Under the pieces are notes generated by a model. It was not told the origin of the DNA. It worked only from the letters and a program-made list of their open reading frames with translations, and did not search any database. From positions 1-41,486 of the forward strand of contig MTMY01000034.1 in NCBI GenBank assembly GCA_002010215.1: a stretch of 41,486 nucleotides of DNA, written 5' to 3'. Of the stretch, positions 31,480 through 39,292 are shown one piece after another. This stretch comes from Archaeoglobus sp. JdFR-37 (GTDB lineage Archaea > Halobacteriota > Archaeoglobi > Archaeoglobales > Archaeoglobaceae). Both the position numbers and the translations under genes were made by a program. Numbering within the stretch: position 1 is the first letter of the stretch; each line of letters begins with the position of its first letter.

Positions 31480-32023
31480 GTTGAATGATGCTTTAGAGCG
31501 AGGTGCAGAAATACTTCTGATAAAGGTAGACTCCAAGAGCTATGTTAGAGCTAATCTGGAGGTTCTGAAGTATTTTACAAGTATTGCTGAAGGAGGTATC
31601 TACATTGCTCTCAATAAGCCTTACTTCAGTCTGAAGAAGAACCTTACAAAAGGGGGGGTTGATGTAAGCAAGTTAATTTTTATAGATTGTCTAACTAGAC
31701 AGCTTGGCGGGGAAGAGGTGGATAGAGACAGATGTATTTACTTAAACTCACCTGATCCAGTTCTGTTACAAGTATCTATTGAGAGGGCAATGGATCTTGT
31801 AAGCTCAGAAAACAGATTTATTTATCTGGATTCCCTTTCTACCATCTCACTCTACAAGTCATTTGAGACGTTGATAAAGTTTCTGAGACACATCACGGGT
31901 AAGATAAGGTTGAGAGGTTTTGTGGGAACCATTTTCACAATTGAAAAAGAAATGGATGAAAGTTATTTCTCCCAGATCTCGTTGATGTGTGATGAGATAA
32001 TCGAGGTGAATGACTATGTATAA
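31451..32023 (+). CDS. KaiC-like fold protein lacking Walker A (DUF835/DUF7504-like)
   Basis: GIYIALNKPY..L, LIFIDC, FIYLDSLSTI, MCDEII; no GxxGxGKT. Confidence 0.75.
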   Translation: MNSNSNLISRLNDALERGAEILLIKVDSKSYVRANLEVLKYFTSIAEGGIYIALNKPYFSLKKNLTKGGVDVSKLIFIDCLTRQLGGEEVDRDRCIYLNSPDPVLLQVSIERAMDLVSSENRFIYLDSLSTISLYKSFETLIKFLRHITGKIRLRGFVGTIFTIEKEMDESYFSQISLMCDEIIEVNDYV

Positions 32024-32795
32024 ATTCCCTACCGGTATTGAAATTGTTGACACCAAAATTGGGGGAATGTATCCTGGATCTGTCATTATCTTAGAGATGG
32101 TGGGGGCTGGCGGCAAAGAATTTGCTATTAACTCTTTCATGAAGAATTCTGGGGCAGATTTCCCGACTGAACTGCATTACGTTTCGATAACCGACACTCC
32201 GGGGGAAGTTATCAGAAATATCCGGCTGACATTTCCCGAAGTAGATCAGAAGCTCCTCGACAGCCTCCTCAACAAATTACAAATAACGAGCCTTGCTGGA
32301 GTATACTTCAGGAAGAGTATAGTTCCCATGCGATGGGTTACAGACAGGAAGCTATGCATAGAGGAGCTCAAGTGTGAGGCTGACATCATGGCTCAACTGG
32401 CAGAAACTGTTGAGAGATGTGGAGATGGAAGCCTGATTTTCTTGGATTCGCTGAGCGATCTAGTGAGACTAGTTGGGAGAATAATAGAGTGGGCAGATTT
32501 TGTTGACTTGATGAAAGGATTAAAAAAGCTCTGTATAAAGAACAACATGCTCCTCATGTCTTTGCTTACCTCAGGAATTCTGGATGAAGGCAGAGAGGAA
32601 GAGCTTCTCGATCAAGCAGATGCCATTTTCGTCTTTGAATGGCAGATGGAAAAGGAGGCCATAACCAGATGGATGTATTTCAGAAAGTTCTTGGGAGTTT
32701 TGCCAATACTTGAGAGGGAGAAAATAGCCAGATACAGTGTCAAGATTGACCCATCTCAGGGTTTTGTGATTTCAAAGCTTCTTAGGGTGATGTAA
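32016..32795 (+). CDS. KaiC/RAD55-like protein with degenerate Walker A
   Basis: PTGIEIVDTKIGG, EMVGAGGKEF, IFLDSLSDL, ADAIFVFEW; GAGGTGA SD before ATG 32016. Confidence 0.8.
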   Translation: MYKFPTGIEIVDTKIGGMYPGSVIILEMVGAGGKEFAINSFMKNSGADFPTELHYVSITDTPGEVIRNIRLTFPEVDQKLLDSLLNKLQITSLAGVYFRKSIVPMRWVTDRKLCIEELKCEADIMAQLAETVERCGDGSLIFLDSLSDLVRLVGRIIEWADFVDLMKGLKKLCIKNNMLLMSLLTSGILDEGREEELLDQADAIFVFEWQMEKEAITRWMYFRKFLGVLPILEREKIARYSVKIDPSQGFVISKLLRVM

Positions 32796-33496
32796 TGACT
32801 GAACTTAGGACTGCAATGCTCTCTACAGGGATTGCCGGTCTGGATAGGATGCTCAGGGGAGGAATACCAAAGGGTCATGTGATCGCAGTTATCGGCACAT
32901 ATGGGACGGGTAAAACAACATTGGGGTTGCACTTTATCTATGAGGGGCTTAAAAACGGTGAGAACTGTATTGTGATGAGCTTCGATGAGGATGAAGACAG
33001 TATAATTAAAAGTGCCAAGAGCATTGGGATGGATTTGGAGCGGTTCAGAGACAATCTCAAGATTTTTCGTCTCGAAGCTGAGGAGGTAAGAAAATCCCTC
33101 AGCAGAATTGAGAGTGATTTATTTGAGATCATAAGCGGTTTTAACACCTCTCGGGTGCTCATCGACACTGTAAGCGTTCTGGAGACGCTCTTCGATGAAG
33201 GGGGAAGGTATAAGATGTTAGCCACAATCAGAATGATTCTTAAATCTGCAGGAGTTACGGCCATCATTACTAGCGAACCTGATAAATATAATCCCAGTTA
33301 TTCAAAATATGGGTTACTTGAGTATATATGTGATGGTCTAATCTGCCTCAAGATGATAAGGGCAAATGAGATGGAAGAGCCAACTTTGGGGCTTGAAGTG
33401 GTTAAGATGCGCAGAGTGAATCATTCAAGGAAACCAAGACCTTATACGATAACTGATAGGGGGATATCGGTGTTTGAAGAGGCTGAGATATTCTAG
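32795..33496 (+). CDS. KaiC-domain ATPase
   Basis: STGIAGLDRMLRGGIP, GTYGTGKT, LIDTVS, EYICDG, VVKMRRVNHS. Confidence 0.9.
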   Translation: MTELRTAMLSTGIAGLDRMLRGGIPKGHVIAVIGTYGTGKTTLGLHFIYEGLKNGENCIVMSFDEDEDSIIKSAKSIGMDLERFRDNLKIFRLEAEEVRKSLSRIESDLFEIISGFNTSRVLIDTVSVLETLFDEGGRYKMLATIRMILKSAGVTAIITSEPDKYNPSYSKYGLLEYICDGLICLKMIRANEMEEPTLGLEVVKMRRVNHSRKPRPYTITDRGISVFEEAEIF

Positions 33497-33589
33497 TACA
33501 ATTTCGATTTACTAGAGTCTTATTATGAAAAAAGTAGGAAGATGTCAAAATAAAAACATCATGGTGGGGCAGCAAATGAAGAAAGAAAA

Positions 33590-33662
33590 TGGGCTCGCCC
33601 GGATTCGAACCGGGGATCACCGCCTCGTAAGGGCGGCGTCATAACCGCTAGACCACGAGCCC
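33590..33662 (-). tRNA. tRNA-Val(TAC)
   Basis: Reverse complement GGGCTCG-TGGTCTAGCGGTTATGACG-CCGCC-CT-TAC-GA-GGCGG-TGATC-CCCGGTTCGAATCCGGG-CGAGCCC-A. Confidence 0.95.
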
Positions 33663-33736
33663 CCTTGCGCCTACTTGCTCAGTCAAACTAGGGAAATTTA
33701 AGGTTATCGCCTTGAGAGCAAAATGGGGAAAAACTT

Positions 33737-33753
33737 ATATCATTAAGTGTAAA
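33737..33753. promoter_or_regulatory. candidate BlaI-type operator overlapping the TATA box of the repressor gene
   Basis: ATATCA-TTAAG-TGTAAA; variant of the motif at 38667 and 39082. Confidence 0.45.
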
Positions 33754-33764
33754 AAGATTGATAC

Positions 33765-34118
33765 ATGGTTAAAAAGGAGAGAATAGAAATAGATGACAGG
33801 ATTTCTGCGTTATCACCACTTGAAGAAAAGATTATGGAGTATCTCTGGAATCATGGCCCGTCACATGTCTCAAAAATTTCTGAGGGTATAGGCATTTCCA
33901 TCTCAAGCGTTGCAGCAACCCTTGACAGGTTGGTCAGGCACGGGTTTGTTGAACGAAAGCAGGAGAAGGTTGATGGCAGGAGAAAATACGTCTATTTTGC
34001 TAAGCTCGGGAAAACAGATATAGAACGAAGGTTTGTGGAAGGTGTTCTTGACAGGCTCATGAGCAATTTTGGGGAGATTGTGGCAGAATACTTCCATAAA
34101 AGAGGGATTAAGCCTTGA
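33765..34118 (+). CDS. BlaI/MecI/CopY-family transcriptional repressor
   Basis: LSPLEEKIMEYLW..GP, VAATLDRLVRHGFVER, GRRKYVY, VLDRLMSNFG. Confidence 0.88.
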   Translation: MVKKERIEIDDRISALSPLEEKIMEYLWNHGPSHVSKISEGIGISISSVAATLDRLVRHGFVERKQEKVDGRRKYVYFAKLGKTDIERRFVEGVLDRLMSNFGEIVAEYFHKRGIKP

Positions 34119-34792
34119 ACAGCCTTGAATGTACAATAACTTGTCTCAAATCATCGCCTCTTTTCATCCCCACGATTCTTGTTTCAGCTGGATTTTTCAT
34201 ATCAGTTATTGGTTATTTAGCCACTAAAAATAGCCTGATGGGATTGCGTTTCTATTGGCTTGCCAATGTTTTTGCATTAATCAATGCTCCAGTAGTCTTT
34301 TTCTCTATGTCATGTGACATGCTCTGGTTCATGAAGGTTTATTTCATTTATGCTATAATGGCGATAGCCCTCATGCTTTTGGCTCCAACAGTTTACAAGG
34401 TGTACTTGATGAGGGTTTATGGATACGAGAGGGATAGAGACCTTGAAGAGCTTGCCGGAATTGAAAAAGTGTATGTGTTTAATTCAGCCCTCCCAAAAGC
34501 CTTTACTCTTGGAAGGGAGGTCTTCATTTCGGCAGGAATGCTGGATATACTGGATGGGGAAGAACTAAAGGCAGTTCTTACTCACGAAAAGTTTCACGTT
34601 GCTCAGAATGCAACACCATTGCTTGGGAGACTGAAAGTTCTGACTTTCTTGCCAATATCTCCTGAGAAACTCGAAATTATGGCTGATGAATACGCAGCAT
34701 CCATTGTAGGCAAAGAAGTGCTGGAAAGTGCGAAGAAGAAAATTACTGAGTTTTATTCCACTGTGGAGCTAGGTGAAATAGAATACGTCTGA
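34115..34792 (+). CDS. BlaR1/M56 (M48-like) membrane zinc peptidase without extracellular sensor domain
   Basis: Three N-terminal TM helices, PKAFTLG, VFISAGMLDIL...ELKAVLTHEKFH (HExxH), EIMADEYA; 4-nt overlap with the repressor gene. Confidence 0.82.
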   Translation: MNSLECTITCLKSSPLFIPTILVSAGFFISVIGYLATKNSLMGLRFYWLANVFALINAPVVFFSMSCDMLWFMKVYFIYAIMAIALMLLAPTVYKVYLMRVYGYERDRDLEELAGIEKVYVFNSALPKAFTLGREVFISAGMLDILDGEELKAVLTHEKFHVAQNATPLLGRLKVLTFLPISPEKLEIMADEYAASIVGKEVLESAKKKITEFYSTVELGEIEYV

Positions 34793-34919
34793 TTTCCAAA
34801 TTTTAGGTGATGATGGCTAGATAGTATAATATTTACATGGTATTTTTGCAGCCAGAGTCTGTCCAGCGCCAGAGACTATTCAGCACTCTATTATGTGCTC
34901 TCTTATGAGTTAGAGGTCT

Positions 34920-35153
34920 TCAAGTCCGAACTCCCTTTAGACTCTGCACAAGCCCCTTGCAAAAAGCCATTATCTCGGAATGTTCTTCTGGAGTAATGGA
35001 TTTGGTGCGATACAGAGTGGTGAGGTAAGGTTCGACAAGTCGGTTCATCAGGTCTACAAACATATAAATGGTCGATTCACACGGTTCCATATTCCTGTAG
35101 TGTTCAAACTATTTGGCCACCATAATCTTAAGCTTCAGAAGCTCTCCATCCAT
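34920..35153 (-). pseudogene. 77-codon reading frame interrupted by one in-frame TAG
   Basis: MDGELLKLKIMVAK*FEHYRNMEPCESTIYMFVDLMNRLVEPYLTTLYRTKSITPEEHSEIMAFCKGLVQSLKGVRT*; TAG at 35111-35109; TATA-like AT-rich sequence upstream. Confidence 0.5.
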
Positions 35154-35234
35154 ACAGAATTTTTATGATTTAAATTTTAAAAATTTAATTCACATAATCT
35201 TAATATAATATGCTAACATGATTTTCAAATGAAA

Positions 35235-35654
35235 TCAGTGTTCTAGATCGAATTTTGTTTCATCGAGTTCCTCATTAATTACTTCATCAGGGTCAGCATA
35301 CCATCTGGTGTTCCTCCTCTTGCCTATTATGTAGATTGCTACAATTCCTACAGCAACGGCTATGGCAGGATATGTCCAGAGACCTAAGAACACACCCTCT
35401 TTTGGAGGGTTGACTAGCACTTCCTTGCCGTACATTGACTGCAATTCGGCGATAATCTGCTCTTTAGACATTCCTTTGGCAATCATTCCTGCAATTTCAT
35501 CTCTCATTCTATCTGCTGTCCCGCATAAGCAGTTTTCAAGGACTTTTCCACATCCACAGACACACATCACATCCTTCTCCACATCTGAAACCGTCAGGGC
35601 TAGTGTAGGAGTGGCCAACAGTAAAATTAGGAGTAGTAAAGAGACGGACCTCAT
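35235..35654 (-). CDS. ccmH: CcmH-like cytochrome c biogenesis protein (five-Cys variant)
   Basis: Signal peptide, MCVCGCGKVLENCLC, MRDEIAGMIAKGMSKEQII...YGKEVLVNPP, TM helix; ATGA overlap with ccmF. Confidence 0.78.
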   Translation of the reverse strand: MRSVSLLLLILLLATPTLALTVSDVEKDVMCVCGCGKVLENCLCGTADRMRDEIAGMIAKGMSKEQIIAELQSMYGKEVLVNPPKEGVFLGLWTYPAIAVAVGIVAIYIIGKRRNTRWYADPDEVINEELDETKFDLEH

Positions 35655-37600
35655 GTTCCTACCTCCTGTTCTCTGCTGACAATGACTCGACTGACAAAGC
35701 TTTTTGGAATTAGAGCAAAGATGCCACCGAAAGTCATTATCCATGATCCAAGCCAGACAAAATTCACCAGTGGGTTTATCCGAATCTCCATGAATACTGC
35801 ATTCTCGTTTGCACCCATGAATATCAGGTACACATCTTTAAGAGGCTCTGATAGGATATCTACCTTCCGGGTCTCTTCTCCACTACCTGTTTTGTATTTC
35901 TCAATTCCCGGTTTCATGAATCCAATCAGTCTCCCCTCTTTCCAGACCTCGATATTTGCCCTCCATGTTGTCTTCAAGTTGCTGTCCTCAGCGGTAATTC
36001 CTCTGTAAATGAATGTGTATTCTTTAATCTGGTAGGGCTGATTGAGCTCAAGCTGAACATTTTTGTATTCCTCATCATATGCTCCTCCAACTATGCCAAG
36101 AAAGAGAATAAGAAGCCCCAAATGCGTTGTGTATCCGCCATACCTCCTTCTCCTCCTTAGAACTATCTTGAAGTAGCTGGAGGTTCCGTATTCCTGACTG
36201 AAAGCTCTTGTATCCCAGAGATACTGCTGAAGGTGCGCGGTGAACGCAAATCCGAATATGCCTGCTGCCAAAGTTCCTGCAAACCCGAACTTCCCAATAA
36301 AACCTGCTACAAGTCCGAGAAACATCGCAACAGCCGGGAACCTCAGTCTTCTAATCATTTCATCCTTGTAGGCTCTTCTCCATGGTACAGCAATGCAGAA
36401 ACCAACAAGGATTATCAGTGCAAGTCCAAGAGGCGTTTCCACCTGATTGTAGAATGGTGGGCCGATGGTGACTTTGTAACCTGTCAGCCCCTCGCTTATG
36501 AGGGGGAATATAGTTCCCCAAAAAATTGTCAGGGCTGAAGCTACAAGTATGAGGTTATTGAATAGGAAAGTAGCCTCTTTGGAGGCGAAGCTTTCAATTA
36601 TGTCTTCACTTTTGATAAACCCTTTCTTCTCCATTATAACCCAAATGGTCAAAATCAGCCAAAGAAGCATGTAGAGCATGAAGGGAAGTGTAAGGCTGCT
36701 CTGTCCGAAGGCGTGAACGCTGCTTATAACTCCGCTTCTGGTGATAAATGTTCCAAGCAAAACGAACTCGAAAGTGGTGAAAGCGAGAAGTATATTCCAG
36801 AGTTTCATCCCCCTTCTTGCTTCCTGAATCATGACACTGTGCATCAAAGCTGATAACGTGAGCCAGGGAAGCAGTGAAGAGTTCTCAACCGGGTCCCATG
36901 CCCAGTATCCTCCCCAGCCCAGAACCTTGTATGCCCATATAGCTCCCCAGAATATTCCCTGAGTGAGCCATATCCATGTGAAGACAATCCATTTTCTAGC
37001 ACGGAACACCCATTTCTCATCTGCAAGATATACGCCTGCGAGGGCAAGGGAGAAAACTACTGCTGCACCTGCGTAGCCTATAAACAGTGTTGGTGGGTGA
37101 GCTACCATTTCGGGAGTTTGTAAAAGTGGATTCAATCCTACGCCGTCAGCAGGCATGAAACCCAGCTGTTGAAACGGATTAGAGACAGTTGAAAGCAGAA
37201 GGAGGAAGAATGTCTGCACGGACATGGCTGTGGCCATCGCGTAGGCAGAAAGGACATCCTTTTTTTCAAGTTTTAAAAACGCCACAGTGTAACCGGAAAT
37301 GAGGAGTGCCCAGAGGAGGAGTGAACCATCAGCTCCGGCCCAGAATGCTGCAAATTTGTAGAATCCAGGAAGAGCTCTGCTGGAATATGATGCGACATAT
37401 TCGATAGAAAAGTTATCGGTCATAAAGTAATAAACCAGAATGGCCGATGCTGCAGTGACAAGTGCGGCAGTGAGGTATGTGGCTTTTTCGGCTTTGTAGA
37501 GGAGAGAAGCATCACTATTCTTGGCACCGAAATAGTAAGCTAGAGTGGCGTAAGCAGATGCCAGTAAGGATAGAACAATGGTAATATATCCTACATCCAT
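35651..37600 (-). CDS. ccmF: heme lyase subunit CcmF
   Basis: WAGADGSLLLW, GLNPLLQ, HPP, WAYKVLGWGGYWAWDPVENSS (WWD domain), GTFITRSG..SVHAF. Confidence 0.96.
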   Translation of the reverse strand: MDVGYITIVLSLLASAYATLAYYFGAKNSDASLLYKAEKATYLTAALVTAASAILVYYFMTDNFSIEYVASYSSRALPGFYKFAAFWAGADGSLLLWALLISGYTVAFLKLEKKDVLSAYAMATAMSVQTFFLLLLSTVSNPFQQLGFMPADGVGLNPLLQTPEMVAHPPTLFIGYAGAAVVFSLALAGVYLADEKWVFRARKWIVFTWIWLTQGIFWGAIWAYKVLGWGGYWAWDPVENSSLLPWLTLSALMHSVMIQEARRGMKLWNILLAFTTFEFVLLGTFITRSGVISSVHAFGQSSLTLPFMLYMLLWLILTIWVIMEKKGFIKSEDIIESFASKEATFLFNNLILVASALTIFWGTIFPLISEGLTGYKVTIGPPFYNQVETPLGLALIILVGFCIAVPWRRAYKDEMIRRLRFPAVAMFLGLVAGFIGKFGFAGTLAAGIFGFAFTAHLQQYLWDTRAFSQEYGTSSYFKIVLRRRRRYGGYTTHLGLLILFLGIVGGAYDEEYKNVQLELNQPYQIKEYTFIYRGITAEDSNLKTTWRANIEVWKEGRLIGFMKPGIEKYKTGSGEETRKVDILSEPLKDVYLIFMGANENAVFMEIRINPLVNFVWLGSWIMTFGGIFALIPKSFVSRVIVSREQEVGT

Positions 37601-38218
37601 TCATCCCACCTCCCATTTATTGTCTTTTTTATTATCCATCGTTTCATCATCATTCCTACCTCGTCGAATTTTTTTAAGATAAACTGCTGAAAAGGTTACA
37701 GCGCCCAGAAAACCAGCAAATATATATGTATTTCCAGGAGATTCATTATTCTGAGGTAGTGATGTGTATGAGGAAACTCTAGACATTTCCAAACTCATAG
37801 TGTATCCACTGGGAACGTTCTCGGAGTACAGTACTCTGAACTCAGATCCGAAAACATTCTGAATCCCAGCATCGCTAAGATTCTCCGATACTACGTATAT
37901 CGAAGGGTCAATCAGAACATATACGAGTTTTGAGGGCAACTGGAAGGTCTTCTGAAAGTACCTTCCAATCTGGTATCCGTACACTATTTTTGTTACATTC
38001 CCGGAGGCATTGACTTTCAGCACACCATTTGCTAGGGTTCCGTTACTCATCAGCACGGCATTCTCAGGAACCTCAATTGATATCTCTCCACTAGCATTGG
38101 GGATGGCTATCACCTCTACCACTCTGTACCCCTCTGTATTCGGGGTTATGATTATGTGGTGAACTGCTACAGGTGTGGCAAGAGAAGCGAGTAAAAAAAT
38201 CGTCAGAAAATTCATCAT
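37601..38218 (-). CDS. hypothetical exported protein with C-terminal membrane anchor
   Basis: N-terminal hydrophobic signal, beta-rich Asn/Ser/Thr domain, TM helix then basic residues; operonic with ccmF. Confidence 0.7.
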   Translation of the reverse strand: MMNFLTIFLLASLATPVAVHHIIITPNTEGYRVVEVIAIPNASGEISIEVPENAVLMSNGTLANGVLKVNASGNVTKIVYGYQIGRYFQKTFQLPSKLVYVLIDPSIYVVSENLSDAGIQNVFGSEFRVLYSENVPSGYTMSLEMSRVSSYTSLPQNNESPGNTYIFAGFLGAVTFSAVYLKKIRRGRNDDETMDNKKDNKWEVG

Positions 38219-38649
38219 TTTTTGCCACCTTTTTTCTCAAGCTTCCAACCATCCTTACCTTTTGAACGAGATGAAGCTTTTCCGAAATGGTATGCTACAA
38301 AGGCTGCAGCAACGATACCAAGTACATACAGAGGGAACATGTCAAAACTTGCTGATTTTGATGCGGCCTTTATCCTCTCTGTATCCTCATTAACCAGAAT
38401 TGTTGAGCCGTATAGAGTAACGAAATCCTTTATTATCGTTTCTGGTGGAACTCCCGCTATCAATCTGTTCTGTATCTGAGTTCTCGTAGATACTGCCGTT
38501 TCACAGTGGCAATTTACTAGGATCTCACCACATCCACACGGACAATATATTTTTTCTTCTACTACTCTACTGTCTATCTGCTGAGCGCTGGCTACCACAA
38601 CCGTTGCGAGAACCAGTATGAGCGTTAGAACCATACTCTTCAGTCTCAT
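38215..38649 (-). CDS. second CcmH-like protein (five-Cys variant)
   Basis: Signal peptide, IYCPCGCGEILVNCHC, IQNRLIAGVPPETIIKDFVTLYGSTILV, TM helix. Confidence 0.72.
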   Translation of the reverse strand: MRLKSMVLTLILVLATVVVASAQQIDSRVVEEKIYCPCGCGEILVNCHCETAVSTRTQIQNRLIAGVPPETIIKDFVTLYGSTILVNEDTERIKAASKSASFDMFPLYVLGIVAAAFVAYHFGKASSRSKGKDGWKLEKKGGKK

Positions 38650-38666
38650 TTCCACCACCCATCTAT

Positions 38667-38683
38667 TTTACATTTGTTGTAAA
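38667..38683. promoter_or_regulatory. palindromic candidate operator upstream of the ccmH-x-ccmF-ccmH operon
   Basis: TTTACA-TTTGT-TGTAAA, just downstream of a minus-strand TTAAATA box. Confidence 0.55.
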
Positions 38684-38692
38684 TAAGGTTAT

Positions 38693-39070
38693 TTAACGTT
38701 TACCCCTGAGTGCAGCAAGCCCCATAAGCGCTGTCAGACCGAACACTCCTTCAAAGCCAGGTGTTTGCTTTCCCGGATACGACGAGGGGTCACCTGGCAT
38801 GGTTCCTGCTCTCAGCTCCTCGATGTTAGAATATCTGTCACTGTCGCTGTCTAGCTGCATGAGCTCAGGTGTCAGGGCTTTCAGCTCTGCAAAATCCTTT
38901 CCAAAGGGGTTTAAACCCCCATAGCCAGAGCTCTGAACGTGGCAGAGAGTACATTTCTTGACCTTGTCATCAAAGTCTTTGAATGGTTTCATATATTCTG
39001 GTCTGGCATCAACAATTCCTACAAGCCCTGATAGGGTTATTATCAGCAGTAGTATCGGAATAGCTCTCAT
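38693..39070 (-). CDS. PGF-CTERM-anchored monoheme c-type cytochrome
   Basis: Signal peptide, one CTLCH, GLNPFGKDF, Ca-binding-like LDSDSDRYSNIEE..AGT.PGD, TPGF+TM+RGKR; AGGTGA SD before ATG 39070. Confidence 0.78.
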   Translation of the reverse strand: MRAIPILLLIITLSGLVGIVDARPEYMKPFKDFDDKVKKCTLCHVQSSGYGGLNPFGKDFAELKALTPELMQLDSDSDRYSNIEELRAGTMPGDPSSYPGKQTPGFEGVFGLTALMGLAALRGKR

Positions 39071-39081
39071 TTTATCACCTT

Positions 39082-39098
39082 TTTTCATCTGGTGTAAA
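39082..39098. promoter_or_regulatory. candidate operator upstream of the monoheme cytochrome gene
   Basis: TTTTCA-TCTGG-TGTAAA, 4 nt downstream of a minus-strand TTAAATA box. Confidence 0.5.
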
Positions 39099-39158
39099 AC
39101 TGTATTTAAGTATTTCTCGAATCGAATAAACTGTATTTAAGTATTTCTCGAATCGAAT
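39097..39158. repeat. perfect 31-bp tandem duplication containing a BRE/TATA promoter (minus strand)
   Basis: AAACTGTATTTAAGTATTTCTCGAATCGAAT x2 (39097-39127, 39128-39158). Confidence 0.9.
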
Positions 39159-39292
39159 CTTGTGGGGTTTCAGTGGAATTTTAAGAACTTTTAAATCATT
39201 AATACGGAGATATAGGTTTATAGCTATTAATGAAAATTCCCGTATAATCAATAACAAAAATGTTAAATACTTTCAGTACTAGGATTATTATT

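Noticed and set aside
33497..33764. Integrated element at tRNA-Val
   Set aside because: No integrase and no duplicated tRNA 3' end seen in the window.
39097..39158. 31-bp repeat as a CRISPR array
   Set aside because: Only two copies, directly adjacent with no spacer, and no cas genes nearby.
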